NCBI GenBank assembly: GCA_019418605.1
Contig: DYBN01000054.1
Coordinates: 81,350-145,349, forward strand
DNA length: 64,000 nucleotides
Source of the DNA: Sutterella sp.
GTDB taxonomy: Bacteria > Pseudomonadota > Gammaproteobacteria > Burkholderiales > Burkholderiaceae_F
Reading direction: 5' to 3'
The notes beneath the pieces were generated by a model. That model worked only from the letters and a program-made list of their open reading frames with translations. It was not told the origin of the DNA and made no database searches. Shown here in pieces: positions 54,855 through 63,958 of this stretch (positions are counted from its first letter, which is position 1; the number at the start of each line of letters is the position of its first letter). The position numbers and the translations under genes are program-made.

Positions 54855-54932
54855 GGCGGTCTTAAGGCGCCGCTGCACGACGGCCCCCGCGGTTTGCTTT
54901 GCCGCGGCCTGAAATAGAGAAGGAAAATAGAC

Positions 54933-54971
54933 AAGGAGCCTGCTCTTTTTGAAATGAAGAGCAGGCTCCTT
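54933..54971. terminator. Strong bidirectional hairpin between hemE and the cytochrome c gene
   Basis: A 15-bp perfect stem, AAGGAGCCTGCTCTT with AAGAGCAGGCTCCTT, closes a 9-nt loop. It lies between convergent genes. Confidence 0.75.
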
Positions 54972-55089
54972 GCGCAGTTGACGCAGTGTTTCATCTCGCA
55001 AAACAGACGAAAACTGGCCGCAGGAAAGAGAAAGAAGGAGGCTTCTGAAAGCCGCGGCGGGCTTTGCCGCCCTTAAAGGAAGCCGCGCT

Positions 55090-55437
55090 TTAGGGGACCT
55101 TGATGTCGCGGAACTCATGGCACTGATCGCACACGAGCCGCGGGGGCTTGTGGCCCTGATGGCAGTCGCCGCAGGGGACTTCGCCCAGGTGGGAGTCGTG
55201 CGGATTCATGTCGGCGTCGGCCGTCTGTTCGGCGAGCTTGGCGTACGTGCCGCCGTGGCAGGCAAGGCACTGCTTGTCGACGCCCTGGGCCTTGGGCGGC
55301 ATCGGGTTGTGGCAGGACTCGCACTTGAGGCCGCGGGCGACGTGACGGTCGGCAAGAAGCGCATCGGCAGCCGTCGAGACGCCGGCCACGGCGCCTAAGA
55401 CGGCGGCAAGCACGAGCTTGAGGCAAATGTTTTTCAT
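55090..55437 (-). CDS. Periplasmic tetrahaem cytochrome c (Fcc3 N-terminal-domain-like)
   Basis: It has a Sec signal peptide and four CXXCH motifs (CESCH, CLACH, CGDCH, CDQCH). 'NPHDSHLGEVPCGDCHQGH...CDQCHEF' parallels the haem domain of Shewanella flavocytochrome c3. Confidence 0.88.
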   Translation of the reverse strand: MKNICLKLVLAAVLGAVAGVSTAADALLADRHVARGLKCESCHNPMPPKAQGVDKQCLACHGGTYAKLAEQTADADMNPHDSHLGEVPCGDCHQGHKPPRLVCDQCHEFRDIKVP

Positions 55438-55565
55438 GGTTGTTTCTTGCTAAGAAGTAGGGCACCGGCCGTCTCTCGAAAGTGACGGCTCCCTTTCGGG
55501 GAACGCTCCCGTGAGGGCGGCGCGAGCAACATCGCAGACGGCCCGGTGCGGTGAAAACGAAGGCT

Positions 55566-57155
55566 TTAGCTCCAGGGCTTTTCAGCGGCGACGTTGCGGC
55601 CGGCGATGCGCCCGAAGACGCAGGCCTCCGAGTTGTTCGTGGCGCCCTGATAGATGTGGCCCCACATGGAACCGAGTTCGCCTGCGCTGTAAAGGCGCGG
55701 GATGGGCTTTTTGAGCGCCGTGAGCACCTGGCCGCGTTCGTTGCGGCGCGGGCCGCCCTGGGTGTTCAAAAGCGTCGGGTAGAGCTTGGCCGCGTAGTAC
55801 GGTCCCTGCTCGTCGAAGGGCTCGCTGATGATGGGAGCCTCGCGCCCTTCAAAGGCGATCTTGCCCTTCTTCTTCAGGGGACGGCCGAACTCCTTGTCCG
55901 CGCCCGACTTGATGTTTTCGTTCCAGGTGCGCAGCGTCGCCTCGAGGTTTTCAGCCGGCACGCCGATCTTTTCGGCCAGCGCCTTGATGCTCGGGGCCGA
56001 GACGATCACGCCCTTTTCGATTTCGGCGCTGTTGTCGCGGCTCCACTTGTAGTTCTCGCGGTTGATGGCCCAGCCCGAAGTGGCCCCGCCCACGATGGGA
56101 CCGCGCTTGCGGGCCTTCTCGTCGAAGATGACGTAGCAGGGGATGCGCGGGTAGCGGTGTTTGATGGCGTCAAGGTAGTTCACCGCATAGATGCAGGTGT
56201 GGTTGTCCATCTTCTCGTTGCAAAAGCGCTTGCCGTCCTGATCGACGTAGAAGTAGCTCGCGGCGAGCATGTTGATCTGAAGCGACGTTTTGAGCCCCGG
56301 CACTTCGAGCCCCAGGGGGCACGAGAGCGCATTCATGTGCCAGAGGCCTGCGCCTGCGGCCTGCGCCATGCGGATGCCGTCGCCCGTGTTGCCCGGGCAC
56401 CCGAGGCGATGAAACATCTGGCCCATGGTGTGGTTTTGCAAGAGCTCGTCGTCAAACTCAAAGCCGCCCGTGCAGAGCACGACGCCGCGGCGGGCCTTGA
56501 CGGCCTGCTTTTTGCCGTCGATTTCGACCCAGACGCCAAGGACTTCGTCGTTTTCGCGGATGAGCTCAAGGGCGCGGGCGTTGTAGACCACGGGGATCTT
56601 GCGGGTGGTTTCGACCGCGTAGCGGTAGTTCTTAAAGAGCATGTCGCCGCCGCGCAGCTTGAGTCCCTTCGGGGTGCGGAAGCGCCACTTTTCGATGGCG
56701 TCGGACTCGGGGATGTTGGCAAAGCCCGCGTAGCCGTAGATGTAGATCTTCTGGTCGGGCGCCAGAGACATGAGGAAGTCCTTGGACTTCATGGCCTCCT
56801 TGACGAAGGTGCGCAGCTGGGTGCGGTCGATTTCGCTGTTGGCAAAGGAGTAGGTCTTCTCGAGGTAGGTGTAGGCGCGCTCTTCGTTGTTGGGGATCAT
56901 CATGCCGCCCGAGGAGACGGCGGTGTTGCCGCCGCCTTCGGAGAGCTTTTCAAAGATCATGACCTTGGCGCCGGCGTCGTGGGCGGTGATGGCGGCGCTT
57001 GCGCCCGCGCCGCCGTAGCCCAGGATGGCGACGTCGGTTTCAATGTCCCACTTGGCGGGCAGGTCGGCCTTTTTGGCGTGAGCGGCGCCCACGACGGGAA
57101 GAGCGGCGGCAAGGGCCGCGCCTTTCAAGAAACTGCGCTTGGAGATGTTGGTCAT
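55566..57155 (-). CDS. Tat-exported FAD-dependent reductase (fumarate reductase/flavocytochrome c flavoprotein family)
   Basis: It has the Tat-like signal 'MTNISKRSFLKGAALAAALPVVGAAHA' and the FAD motif 'GYGGAGASAAITAHDAGAKVMIFEK'. The start is taken at ATG 57155; the upstream part of the track ORF is Arg/Pro-rich junk. Confidence 0.85.
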   Translation of the reverse strand: MTNISKRSFLKGAALAAALPVVGAAHAKKADLPAKWDIETDVAILGYGGAGASAAITAHDAGAKVMIFEKLSEGGGNTAVSSGGMMIPNNEERAYTYLEKTYSFANSEIDRTQLRTFVKEAMKSKDFLMSLAPDQKIYIYGYAGFANIPESDAIEKWRFRTPKGLKLRGGDMLFKNYRYAVETTRKIPVVYNARALELIRENDEVLGVWVEIDGKKQAVKARRGVVLCTGGFEFDDELLQNHTMGQMFHRLGCPGNTGDGIRMAQAAGAGLWHMNALSCPLGLEVPGLKTSLQINMLAASYFYVDQDGKRFCNEKMDNHTCIYAVNYLDAIKHRYPRIPCYVIFDEKARKRGPIVGGATSGWAINRENYKWSRDNSAEIEKGVIVSAPSIKALAEKIGVPAENLEATLRTWNENIKSGADKEFGRPLKKKGKIAFEGREAPIISEPFDEQGPYYAAKLYPTLLNTQGGPRRNERGQVLTALKKPIPRLYSAGELGSMWGHIYQGATNNSEACVFGRIAGRNVAAEKPWS

Positions 57156-57682
57156 CTTCGTGACTCCTTTTGGTGTTGGGGTCCGGCGCCGAAGCGGCAT
57201 TCGGTTCGTTTCTGGCAAAGGCTTTGGAGCGAAAAAGAGAAGGCGGGATGCCCTCTTGTCCCCTGCGGGTGCCCGGAAAACGAAGCCGCCGCGCTGCGGC
57301 CGGGTTTTTCTTGGCGGCAATCATCCCGCCTGCGGCTACGTAAGTAGCTTGCGGGCGCACAAGAAAACCCGAAAAAAACTGCCGCGGGTCAGCTGCGGCG
57401 CACCCGGCGCAGGGCCGGGGTCCGGCGCCCTGAGCCGCCTGATGTGCGGCCTGGTGTGCGGGGAGCTTTTTGCCGCGCACCGGTACAATCCGCCTGATTT
57501 CCTTAAAAAAAGAGCCCCGCGCCGCGGCGCCAGGCACCGCAGCGGTCCTCAAGCCTCTTTTTTTTCTCATTTCCTCACTGCTTTTCCCGGATTTTTTGCG
57601 ACAAGGACGCACTGCCTGCCGCGTTGCTTTCAAGCACGAAAAGAGGCGCTGCGGGCGTCGTTCTTGACAAAAGGAGCTTTCC

Positions 57683-60600
57683 ATGCCCGCTTTGGAGAAT
57701 GCGCAGCCGGCCGAGGCCGGACGGCAGACCGAATATGGAACCACCTGGTGGGGGCGCCGATGGCTTGACGCCCTGGCGGGCATCGACTACGAAAACCGCA
57801 TTCCGCGCGGCAAGGCCTATGCCGATCAGGGGCGCGTTTTAAGCTTTAAGGCCGATCCCAAAAAGAGGCTTGTGAAGGCGCGCGTTGAAGGCAACTACGA
57901 TCCGTTTTATCTGGTGCGGCTCAAGTTCGAGGCGATCGCGCCGCGAAAGTTAAAAAAGCTCATCGACGAGATGGCCGCCTCGCCCCTGATCGTCTCGCGG
58001 CTGGCCGCGCGGGAGCTCTCGCCTGAGATCGCGGAAATTTGCGACCGGCTCGACATCCGCATCTTCCCGCAGTCCTGGAAGGATATCGACATGCAGTGCT
58101 CGTGCCCGGACGAGGCCGTGCCCTGCAAGCACATCGCCGCCGTGATCTACAAGATGTGCGAGGAAATCGACGCCAATCCCTTCATCCTCTTTCAGCTGCA
58201 CGGAATTGACCTCATCGGCCAGATGCAAAAGCGCGGCGTCGAAATCGACCGCGCCGTCGACGTGGAGCTGCCGCGCTGGAAGGACCTGGTGGCTGAAACC
58301 GGAGTCCCCGCGCCCGAAGACGACGAGCAGTGGCTTGCCGCCTTGTCGGCCGTGACCTTCGAGAAGCCCGCCGCGCAGGGCGAGGCGCTCGCCAAGCTTT
58401 TTGCCGACAAGCCCGCGGGCTACACCCGCGGCAGCCTGCGCGAGCTCCTTGTGCGCGTGCTCGAGCGCGCCTCAAGGCTTGCCGCGAGGCAAAAAAGCCT
58501 CAAGGCCGAGCGCACGCTGCCCGAGTATGACGAGAGCAAGCCTCTGCTGTCAGTCAACGGCTGGGGACAGACGCTGCCGGATGCGTCTCTCGTTTGGCGC
58601 GAAAGAAGCGCCGAAGGCGAGCTGCAGGTGCTGCAGGCAGGCAAGCCCGGCTTTAGTGCCTTGCGGTTTGCGCGCGGCTTTGATTCCCGCCGCAGGCCCT
58701 TGTTTGAGATGTTTTCGGGCTTTTTGACCGCCCGCGACTTTGCCGAAGCCCCCAAGGCCCTTGAGGCGCTTTTTGACGCCTGGCTTGTTGCCTCGCGTCT
58801 GGTTGAAAGCGGCGCGGTGCTCGCACAGGCCTATGAGCCGGTCGAAGACTTCATCGCCGTGCGCTGGATGCCGGCGGTGCTCGACGCAGGCGTGCGCTCC
58901 ATCACCGAGCGCGTGGGCGAGGCGTTTGCGCACGTTGACAGGGACTTTTTGCGCATCTCCGGCACCCGAAGCCCGGTTCACCCGCTGCTTTTGGGCGAGC
59001 TCGTGCTCGGCGTCTTCATCGAGAGCTACGTGCACGAAGCGTTTGCCGAGGAGATGGCGCTTGCGGGCGAAGAGCCCGAAGCCCAGGACGAGCGCAGCAT
59101 CATCTTTGCGGGCGCAACGGTCGATCGAAGCGAGGATGCGGAAATCGAGGCGCTTGCCATGCGCGTGGAGAGCTGGCTCTCGCCCCTGGTGATGGAGGCG
59201 GCGCTGCCGGTCAAGCCCATCGTGGTGGTCTACGACTGCGCGGCCGCGGGCGGCGCCGACGACATCAAGGACGCCCCCGTTTCGCTGGAGCTGCGCTTTG
59301 CGCTCAAGGACAAGGAGAAGGCCCCCGAGAGCGTGGCGCTTTTCGACATCCTCGAAGAGGACGACTACAAGGACGTGCGCTTTGACTGCCTGCGCTCGGT
59401 CTCGCAGCTTTCCTCGCACTGCCCGGCGCTCACCGAACTTTTGCGAAACAAAACGAGCCGGCGGCAGGTCACGCTCGAGCAGCTCACGGACCTTCTTTTT
59501 GAGTCGCTGCCCGCGCTGCGGCTGCTCGGGGTGGACATCGTGCTGCCGCGCAGCTTGAAGAGCCTGCTGCAGCCGCAGGCGCGCATGCAGATTGACTCCG
59601 AAGATGAATGGAAGCTGGGCAGCGGCCTCGGGGGACTGGCCTCGCTTTTGAACTTCCGCTGGCAGCTTGCCGTGGGCGATACGCCCGTCTCCGAAGAGGA
59701 GTTCGACAGACTCTGCGAGCACGCAGGCAAGGTCGTGCGCTTTCGCGACGGCTTCATGTACGTGAGCGCCGACGAAGTCAAGCGCATCCGGCACCGCCTG
59801 CAGCGGCGCTCCTTTACGAAGTCCGAGCTGCTGCGCGAGGCGCTCGGCTCGAAAAAGGGCGGCAAAGGGGTGGTTCTGGGCAAAAAGCTGCGGGCTGCGC
59901 TCGATCAGATTTTTGCCGACAGAGACATCGCCATGCCCGCGCACGTCGAGGCCGTGCTGCGCCCCTATCAGGAAAGGGGCTATCGCTGGATGATGCGAAA
60001 CTTCTACTCCGGCGTGGGCTCGATCATTGCCGACGACATGGGGCTTGGCAAGACGCTGCAGGTGATCACGGTTCTTGAGCGCCTGCGCGAAGACGGTGCG
60101 CTCGACGAAAAGCAGGCGCTTGTGGTGGTGCCGGCCTCGCTTTTAATCAACTGGCAGAGGGAAGTGGGCAGGTTTGCCCCCAAGCTGCGGCTTGGCATCT
60201 TCTACGGCCCCAACAGGGAGCTCGACGAGAGCGTACACATCATCCTCACCACCTACGGGACGCTGCGCTCCTCAATCAAGGTCCTCGGGGCCCGCAGCTG
60301 GCGCCTGCTTGTGATCGATGAGGCGCAGGCGGTCAAAAACTACCGCACGAGCGCCTTTAGAGCCGTGACAGGCGTTGCGGCCGACGGCGTGATCGCCATG
60401 TCGGGCACGCCCGTGGAAAACCGCCTCTCCGAGTACTGGTCGATCATGGAAGTGTGCAACAAAGGGCTTTTCGGCACGATCGGCGCATTTCGCGACGAGT
60501 TCGTCGTGCCGATTGAAATCAACCGCGATCCGGCCGCGGCCGAGGCGTTTCGCCGCATCAGTTCGCCCTTCCTGCTGCGGCGCATGAAGACCGACAAGTC

Positions 60601-61360
60601 GATCATCAGCGATCTGCCCGACAAGGTGGTAAGCGACGAATTCTGCACGCTCACCAAGGAGCAGGCCTCGCTCTACGAGGCCGAGGTCAACCGCGGCCTT
60701 GCGCTTGTCGAAGGCGCAAGCTCAAACTTCGTGGCGCGCGCTCTCGTGCTGCAGCTCATGGTGCGCTTAAAGCAGATTTGCGACGCGCCCGCGCTCTACG
60801 ACGCCGCCGCGGGGTGCGACTCTCCTGCAACGAGCGGCAAGATGCAGCGGCTCTTTGACATTCTCGACGAAATGCACGAGGCGGGCCGCAAGGTGCTCAT
60901 CTTCACGCAGTTCGTACAGATGGGGCTTTTGCTGCAGGGCTGGATTGAAGAGCACACCGGCCGCAGGCCGCAGTTTCTGCACGGCGGCCTGAACGTGCGC
61001 GCGCGACAGCAGCTTGTGGACCGCTTCCAGAAAAGGCGCGATGAAAACGTCATGATTTTGTCGCTGCGCGCCGCGGGCACGGGCTTAAATCTCACGGCCG
61101 CCTCCGCCGTGGTGCACTACGATCTGTGGTGGAATCCGGCCGTGGAAAACCAGGCCACCGACCGCGCCTACCGCATCGGGCAAAAGCAAAACGTGAGCGT
61201 CTACCGCTTCGTGACCGCCAACACGTACGAGGAGAAAATCAACGAGCTCATCGCTTCCAAAAAGGAGCTGGTGGACATGACGGTCGCCGCGGGCGAAAAC
61301 TGGATCGGAGACTTGAACCGCACCGAAATTGCCTCGATCTTCAGGCTCTCGGCGCGCTAG
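57683..61360 (+). CDS. SWIM zinc-finger / SNF2-family helicase
   Basis: It has the N-terminal 'WWGRRWLDAL...' region and the SWIM motif 'CSCPDEAVPCKH'. It also has the SNF2 motifs 'LRPYQERGYRWM', 'DDMGLGKT', 'DEAQAVKN', 'SGTPVENRL' and 'QATDRAYRIGQ'. An AAGGAG RBS lies upstream. Confidence 0.9.
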   Translation: MPALENAQPAEAGRQTEYGTTWWGRRWLDALAGIDYENRIPRGKAYADQGRVLSFKADPKKRLVKARVEGNYDPFYLVRLKFEAIAPRKLKKLIDEMAASPLIVSRLAARELSPEIAEICDRLDIRIFPQSWKDIDMQCSCPDEAVPCKHIAAVIYKMCEEIDANPFILFQLHGIDLIGQMQKRGVEIDRAVDVELPRWKDLVAETGVPAPEDDEQWLAALSAVTFEKPAAQGEALAKLFADKPAGYTRGSLRELLVRVLERASRLAARQKSLKAERTLPEYDESKPLLSVNGWGQTLPDASLVWRERSAEGELQVLQAGKPGFSALRFARGFDSRRRPLFEMFSGFLTARDFAEAPKALEALFDAWLVASRLVESGAVLAQAYEPVEDFIAVRWMPAVLDAGVRSITERVGEAFAHVDRDFLRISGTRSPVHPLLLGELVLGVFIESYVHEAFAEEMALAGEEPEAQDERSIIFAGATVDRSEDAEIEALAMRVESWLSPLVMEAALPVKPIVVVYDCAAAGGADDIKDAPVSLELRFALKDKEKAPESVALFDILEEDDYKDVRFDCLRSVSQLSSHCPALTELLRNKTSRRQVTLEQLTDLLFESLPALRLLGVDIVLPRSLKSLLQPQARMQIDSEDEWKLGSGLGGLASLLNFRWQLAVGDTPVSEEEFDRLCEHAGKVVRFRDGFMYVSADEVKRIRHRLQRRSFTKSELLREALGSKKGGKGVVLGKKLRAALDQIFADRDIAMPAHVEAVLRPYQERGYRWMMRNFYSGVGSIIADDMGLGKTLQVITVLERLREDGALDEKQALVVVPASLLINWQREVGRFAPKLRLGIFYGPNRELDESVHIILTTYGTLRSSIKVLGARSWRLLVIDEAQAVKNYRTSAFRAVTGVAADGVIAMSGTPVENRLSEYWSIMEVCNKGLFGTIGAFRDEFVVPIEINRDPAAAEAFRRISSPFLLRRMKTDKSIISDLPDKVVSDEFCTLTKEQASLYEAEVNRGLALVEGASSNFVARALVLQLMVRLKQICDAPALYDAAAGCDSPATSGKMQRLFDILDEMHEAGRKVLIFTQFVQMGLLLQGWIEEHTGRRPQFLHGGLNVRARQQLVDRFQKRRDENVMILSLRAAGTGLNLTAASAVVHYDLWWNPAVENQATDRAYRIGQKQNVSVYRFVTANTYEEKINELIASKKELVDMTVAAGENWIGDLNRTEIASIFRLSAR

Positions 61361-61484
61361 CGCAAAGGCGGGCAGGCCCCTTTCGGGGCGGTCCGCCTTT
61401 CGGGTGCTTTCGCGGCTGTCTTTCAGAAGGGCTTTTGCCCTTGATGCGGCTTGCGAAAACCGGCCCGGCGCGGGGGCAAAACGG

Positions 61485-61752
61485 GTTTTCCGCAAAGTTA
61501 TCCACAGGCGCAGTCAAGCGCGCTTTCGGACACCCCGCCCCGGCCCCGGACGGGGGAGTCTGAGAAAAGAGGGCGTAGATCGTTGATTTGAAAGGGTTTT
61601 TGATATTACTGCTGCAATCGTGCAAGTTAACGCACATCCCTTGCAAAAGCGCTTTGCCGCAAGGCTTTCGCGAGTTTTCCGCAAAGTTATCCACAGGGGC
61701 TGTGAAAGGCTGTGGAGAGCCTGTGAAGGGATTGTGAAGAGCTTGTGAAGAA
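61485..61752. repeat. Array C: two identical 24-nt DnaA-box-bearing repeats plus five phased inverted 9-mers
   Basis: GTTTTCCGCAAAGTTATCCACAGG occurs at 61485-61508 and 61674-61697, with TTATCCACA at 61498 and 61687. TGTGAAAGG (61701), TGTGGAGAG (61711), TGTGAAGGG (61722), TGTGAAGAG (61733) and TGTGAAGAA (61744) then follow. Confidence 0.6.
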
Positions 61753-61811
61753 GAGGCTTTTTGCCGCGCGCTTTTTTGGTTTTTTTTCAGTCTTTTGTCG
61801 TTTTTCTTTCC

Positions 61812-63824
61812 ATGACCGGCCGCTACATTGAAGTTTTGCTCGACGTTCCCCTGCCGCCGCTTGACTATGCGCTGCCAGAGGGCGAAACCGCCGCGCCCGG
61901 CGAGCGCGTGGTTGTGCCGTTGGGGCCCCGCAGAAAGGACGTGGGGATCGTCGTGGCGGTCAAAGACGAAAGCGAGCTGCCGCCCGAGCGCATCCGGCCT
62001 GCCGAAGCGGTGCTCCACGACGTGGCTCCGCTTGCCAAAGACTGGCTTGACTTCACGCGCTTTGCAGCCGACTACTACGTCAAGTCCTGGGGCGAGGCGG
62101 CCGTGGCAAGCCTGCCGCTTTTTTTCCGCCACCCGCCCAAGGCGCGCTATGAGGCTAGCCTCAAGAGGCTTCGCACGATGCCTGCCAAAAAGACGCAGCC
62201 GGGGCCTCAGGTGGAGCTCAACGCCGAGCAGCGCGCCGCGGTTGAGGCCGTCACCGCAGCTGATGGCTACGCGACGTTTCTTCTTTTCGGGGTGACGGGC
62301 TCGGGCAAGACCGAGGTGTACCTGCACGTGATGCAGGAGGTGCTCAAGCGCTCGGAGTCGGCTCAGGTGCTCCTTTTGGTGCCTGAAATCAATCTCACCC
62401 CGCAGCTTGAGGCGCGCGTGCGCAGCCGCTTTGTCGACGAACTCGTCGTCACGATGCACTCGGAACTCACGCCCAACGAGCGCGCCCGCAGCTGGCTTGC
62501 CGTGCACGAGGGGAGAGCCCGCGTGCTTGTGGGCACCCGCATGGCGATCTTTGCAAGTTTTCAGGACCTCAGGCTCGTCATCGTCGACGAAGAGCACGAC
62601 CTGAGCTACAAGGCGGGCGAGGGGCTGCGCTTTTCGGCTCGCGACCTTGCCGTCAAGCGCGCGCACGACGCCCGCGTGCCTTGTCTTTTGGGGTCTGCGA
62701 CGCCTTCGCTTGAGACCTGGGCCAAGGCTCTTGCGGGCACCTACCGGCTGCTGCGGCTCTCGCAGCGGGCCGTGCAAAGCGCAATGCTCCCGCAGATGGA
62801 GCTCATCGACATCAGCCGCCGCAAGCCGCGCGTGTTCGCCCCGGAAATCAAGGAGGCCGTTGACGCCGCCTTGTCGCGCGGCGAGCAGGTGCTGGTCTTC
62901 ATTAACCGCAGAGGCTACGCGCCGGTTGTCACTTGTACGAGCTGCGGCTGGGTGAGCCGGTGCCTGCACTGCTCGGGCTTTACCGTGTTTCACAAGGCAA
63001 GCAGGCAGCTTGTGTGCCACCACTGCGGCAGCACCTACCCGGTGCCCGAGCGCTGCCCGAGCTGCGGCAATCCGGAGCTTGTGGCAATCGGCACCGGCAC
63101 GCAGAGAATCGAGGAGGGGATTGCCGCGCTCTGGCCCGAGGCCCGGGTTCTTCGCATCGACCGCGACAGCGTGCGCAGCAAAACGGCCGCGCAGGCCGCC
63201 TTTGGCAGCGTGCACGCTGGAGACGTCGACATCATCGTGGGCACGCAGATGATTGCCAAGGGGCACGACTTCAAGCACGTCACGCTCGTGGTGGTGTTAA
63301 ACGCCGACGCGCAGCTCGTAAGCCCGAGCGTGCGCGCCGAAGAGCACCTTTTTGCCACGCTCCTGCAGGTGGCCGGGCGCGCCGGGCGCGACAAGCTCGC
63401 TGGCCGCGTGATGATTCAAACGCGCTTTCCCTCGCACCCGATTTACGCCGACTTAAAGGCGCAAAGCTTTGAGAGCTTTGCCAAGCGCCTTCTTGCGGAT
63501 CGCCGGGAGGCCTTTGCGCCGCCCTACAGCTTTCAGGCGCTTTTGACGGCGCAGTCGCCCTCTTTGGAGAGAACGCTCGGGTTTTTGCGCCGCGCAAGGG
63601 ATGAAGCCCTGGCGCTTGCAGGCGACGATGTCGTCATCTACGACCCGGTGCCGATGCAGCTCATGCGGCTTAAAGACGCCGAGCGCGGGCAGCTTCTCAT
63701 CGAGTCCGCGCACCGGCCGCGCCGCCAGGCGCTGCTGCACGCGCTTGACGGCGTGCTGCGCGCGGGCTTTAAGGAATTCGGCGGCGTGGGCTGGGCCATT
63801 GAAGTCGACCCGGTCGACGTGTAG
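61812..63824 (+). CDS. priA: Primosomal protein N' (replication restart helicase PriA)
   Basis: It has the Walker A 'GVTGSGKTEVY', 'DEEHD', and the Cys-rich zinc region 'CTSCGW...CLHCSG...CHHCG...CPSCGN'. The start is taken at ATG 61812. Confidence 0.96.
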   Translation: MTGRYIEVLLDVPLPPLDYALPEGETAAPGERVVVPLGPRRKDVGIVVAVKDESELPPERIRPAEAVLHDVAPLAKDWLDFTRFAADYYVKSWGEAAVASLPLFFRHPPKARYEASLKRLRTMPAKKTQPGPQVELNAEQRAAVEAVTAADGYATFLLFGVTGSGKTEVYLHVMQEVLKRSESAQVLLLVPEINLTPQLEARVRSRFVDELVVTMHSELTPNERARSWLAVHEGRARVLVGTRMAIFASFQDLRLVIVDEEHDLSYKAGEGLRFSARDLAVKRAHDARVPCLLGSATPSLETWAKALAGTYRLLRLSQRAVQSAMLPQMELIDISRRKPRVFAPEIKEAVDAALSRGEQVLVFINRRGYAPVVTCTSCGWVSRCLHCSGFTVFHKASRQLVCHHCGSTYPVPERCPSCGNPELVAIGTGTQRIEEGIAALWPEARVLRIDRDSVRSKTAAQAAFGSVHAGDVDIIVGTQMIAKGHDFKHVTLVVVLNADAQLVSPSVRAEEHLFATLLQVAGRAGRDKLAGRVMIQTRFPSHPIYADLKAQSFESFAKRLLADRREAFAPPYSFQALLTAQSPSLERTLGFLRRARDEALALAGDDVVIYDPVPMQLMRLKDAERGQLLIESAHRPRRQALLHALDGVLRAGFKEFGGVGWAIEVDPVDV

Positions 63825-63882
63825 AGAAGGGGGCGGCGCTCTTGTATAATGCCCCTTCGCGTGTTTCGTGCCGAGACCGTTT

Positions 63883-63958
63883 GTCGCCGTAGTTCAACTG
63901 GATAGAATATGGCCCTCCGAAGGCTGTGATGTGGGTTCGAGTCCCGCCGGCGGCACCA
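63883..63958 (+). tRNA. tRNA-Arg (anticodon CCG)
   Basis: Hand-folded cloverleaf. The acceptor is GTCGCCG/CGGCGGC with one G-U pair, the D-arm is GTTC...GAAT, the anticodon stem TGGCC/GGCTG closes the loop CTCCGAA, and the T-arm is GTGGG-TTCGAGT-CCCGC. The 3' ACCA is encoded. Confidence 0.85.

Noticed and set aside
57156-57320. The N-terminal 55-aa extension of the flavoprotein ORF. Similar upstream extensions occur on dnaA (33188-33235), mnmG (40734-40814), atpA (48099-48146), lipA, lipB, menA, priA and the usp gene.
   Set aside because: The extensions are non-homologous, often Arg/Pro-rich, and in mnmG's case cover parS sites. Internal ATGs give N-termini matching known orthologues or signal peptides.
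55551-57347. A 598-aa plus-strand ORF opposite the flavoprotein gene.
   Set aside because: It is the antisense shadow of a gene with a clear Tat signal and FAD motif, and its product has no recognisable motif.
61341-63278. A 645-aa minus-strand ORF opposite priA and the upstream spacer.
   Set aside because: It is the shadow frame of priA, and it runs through the DnaA-box arrays, which are clearly non-coding repeats.
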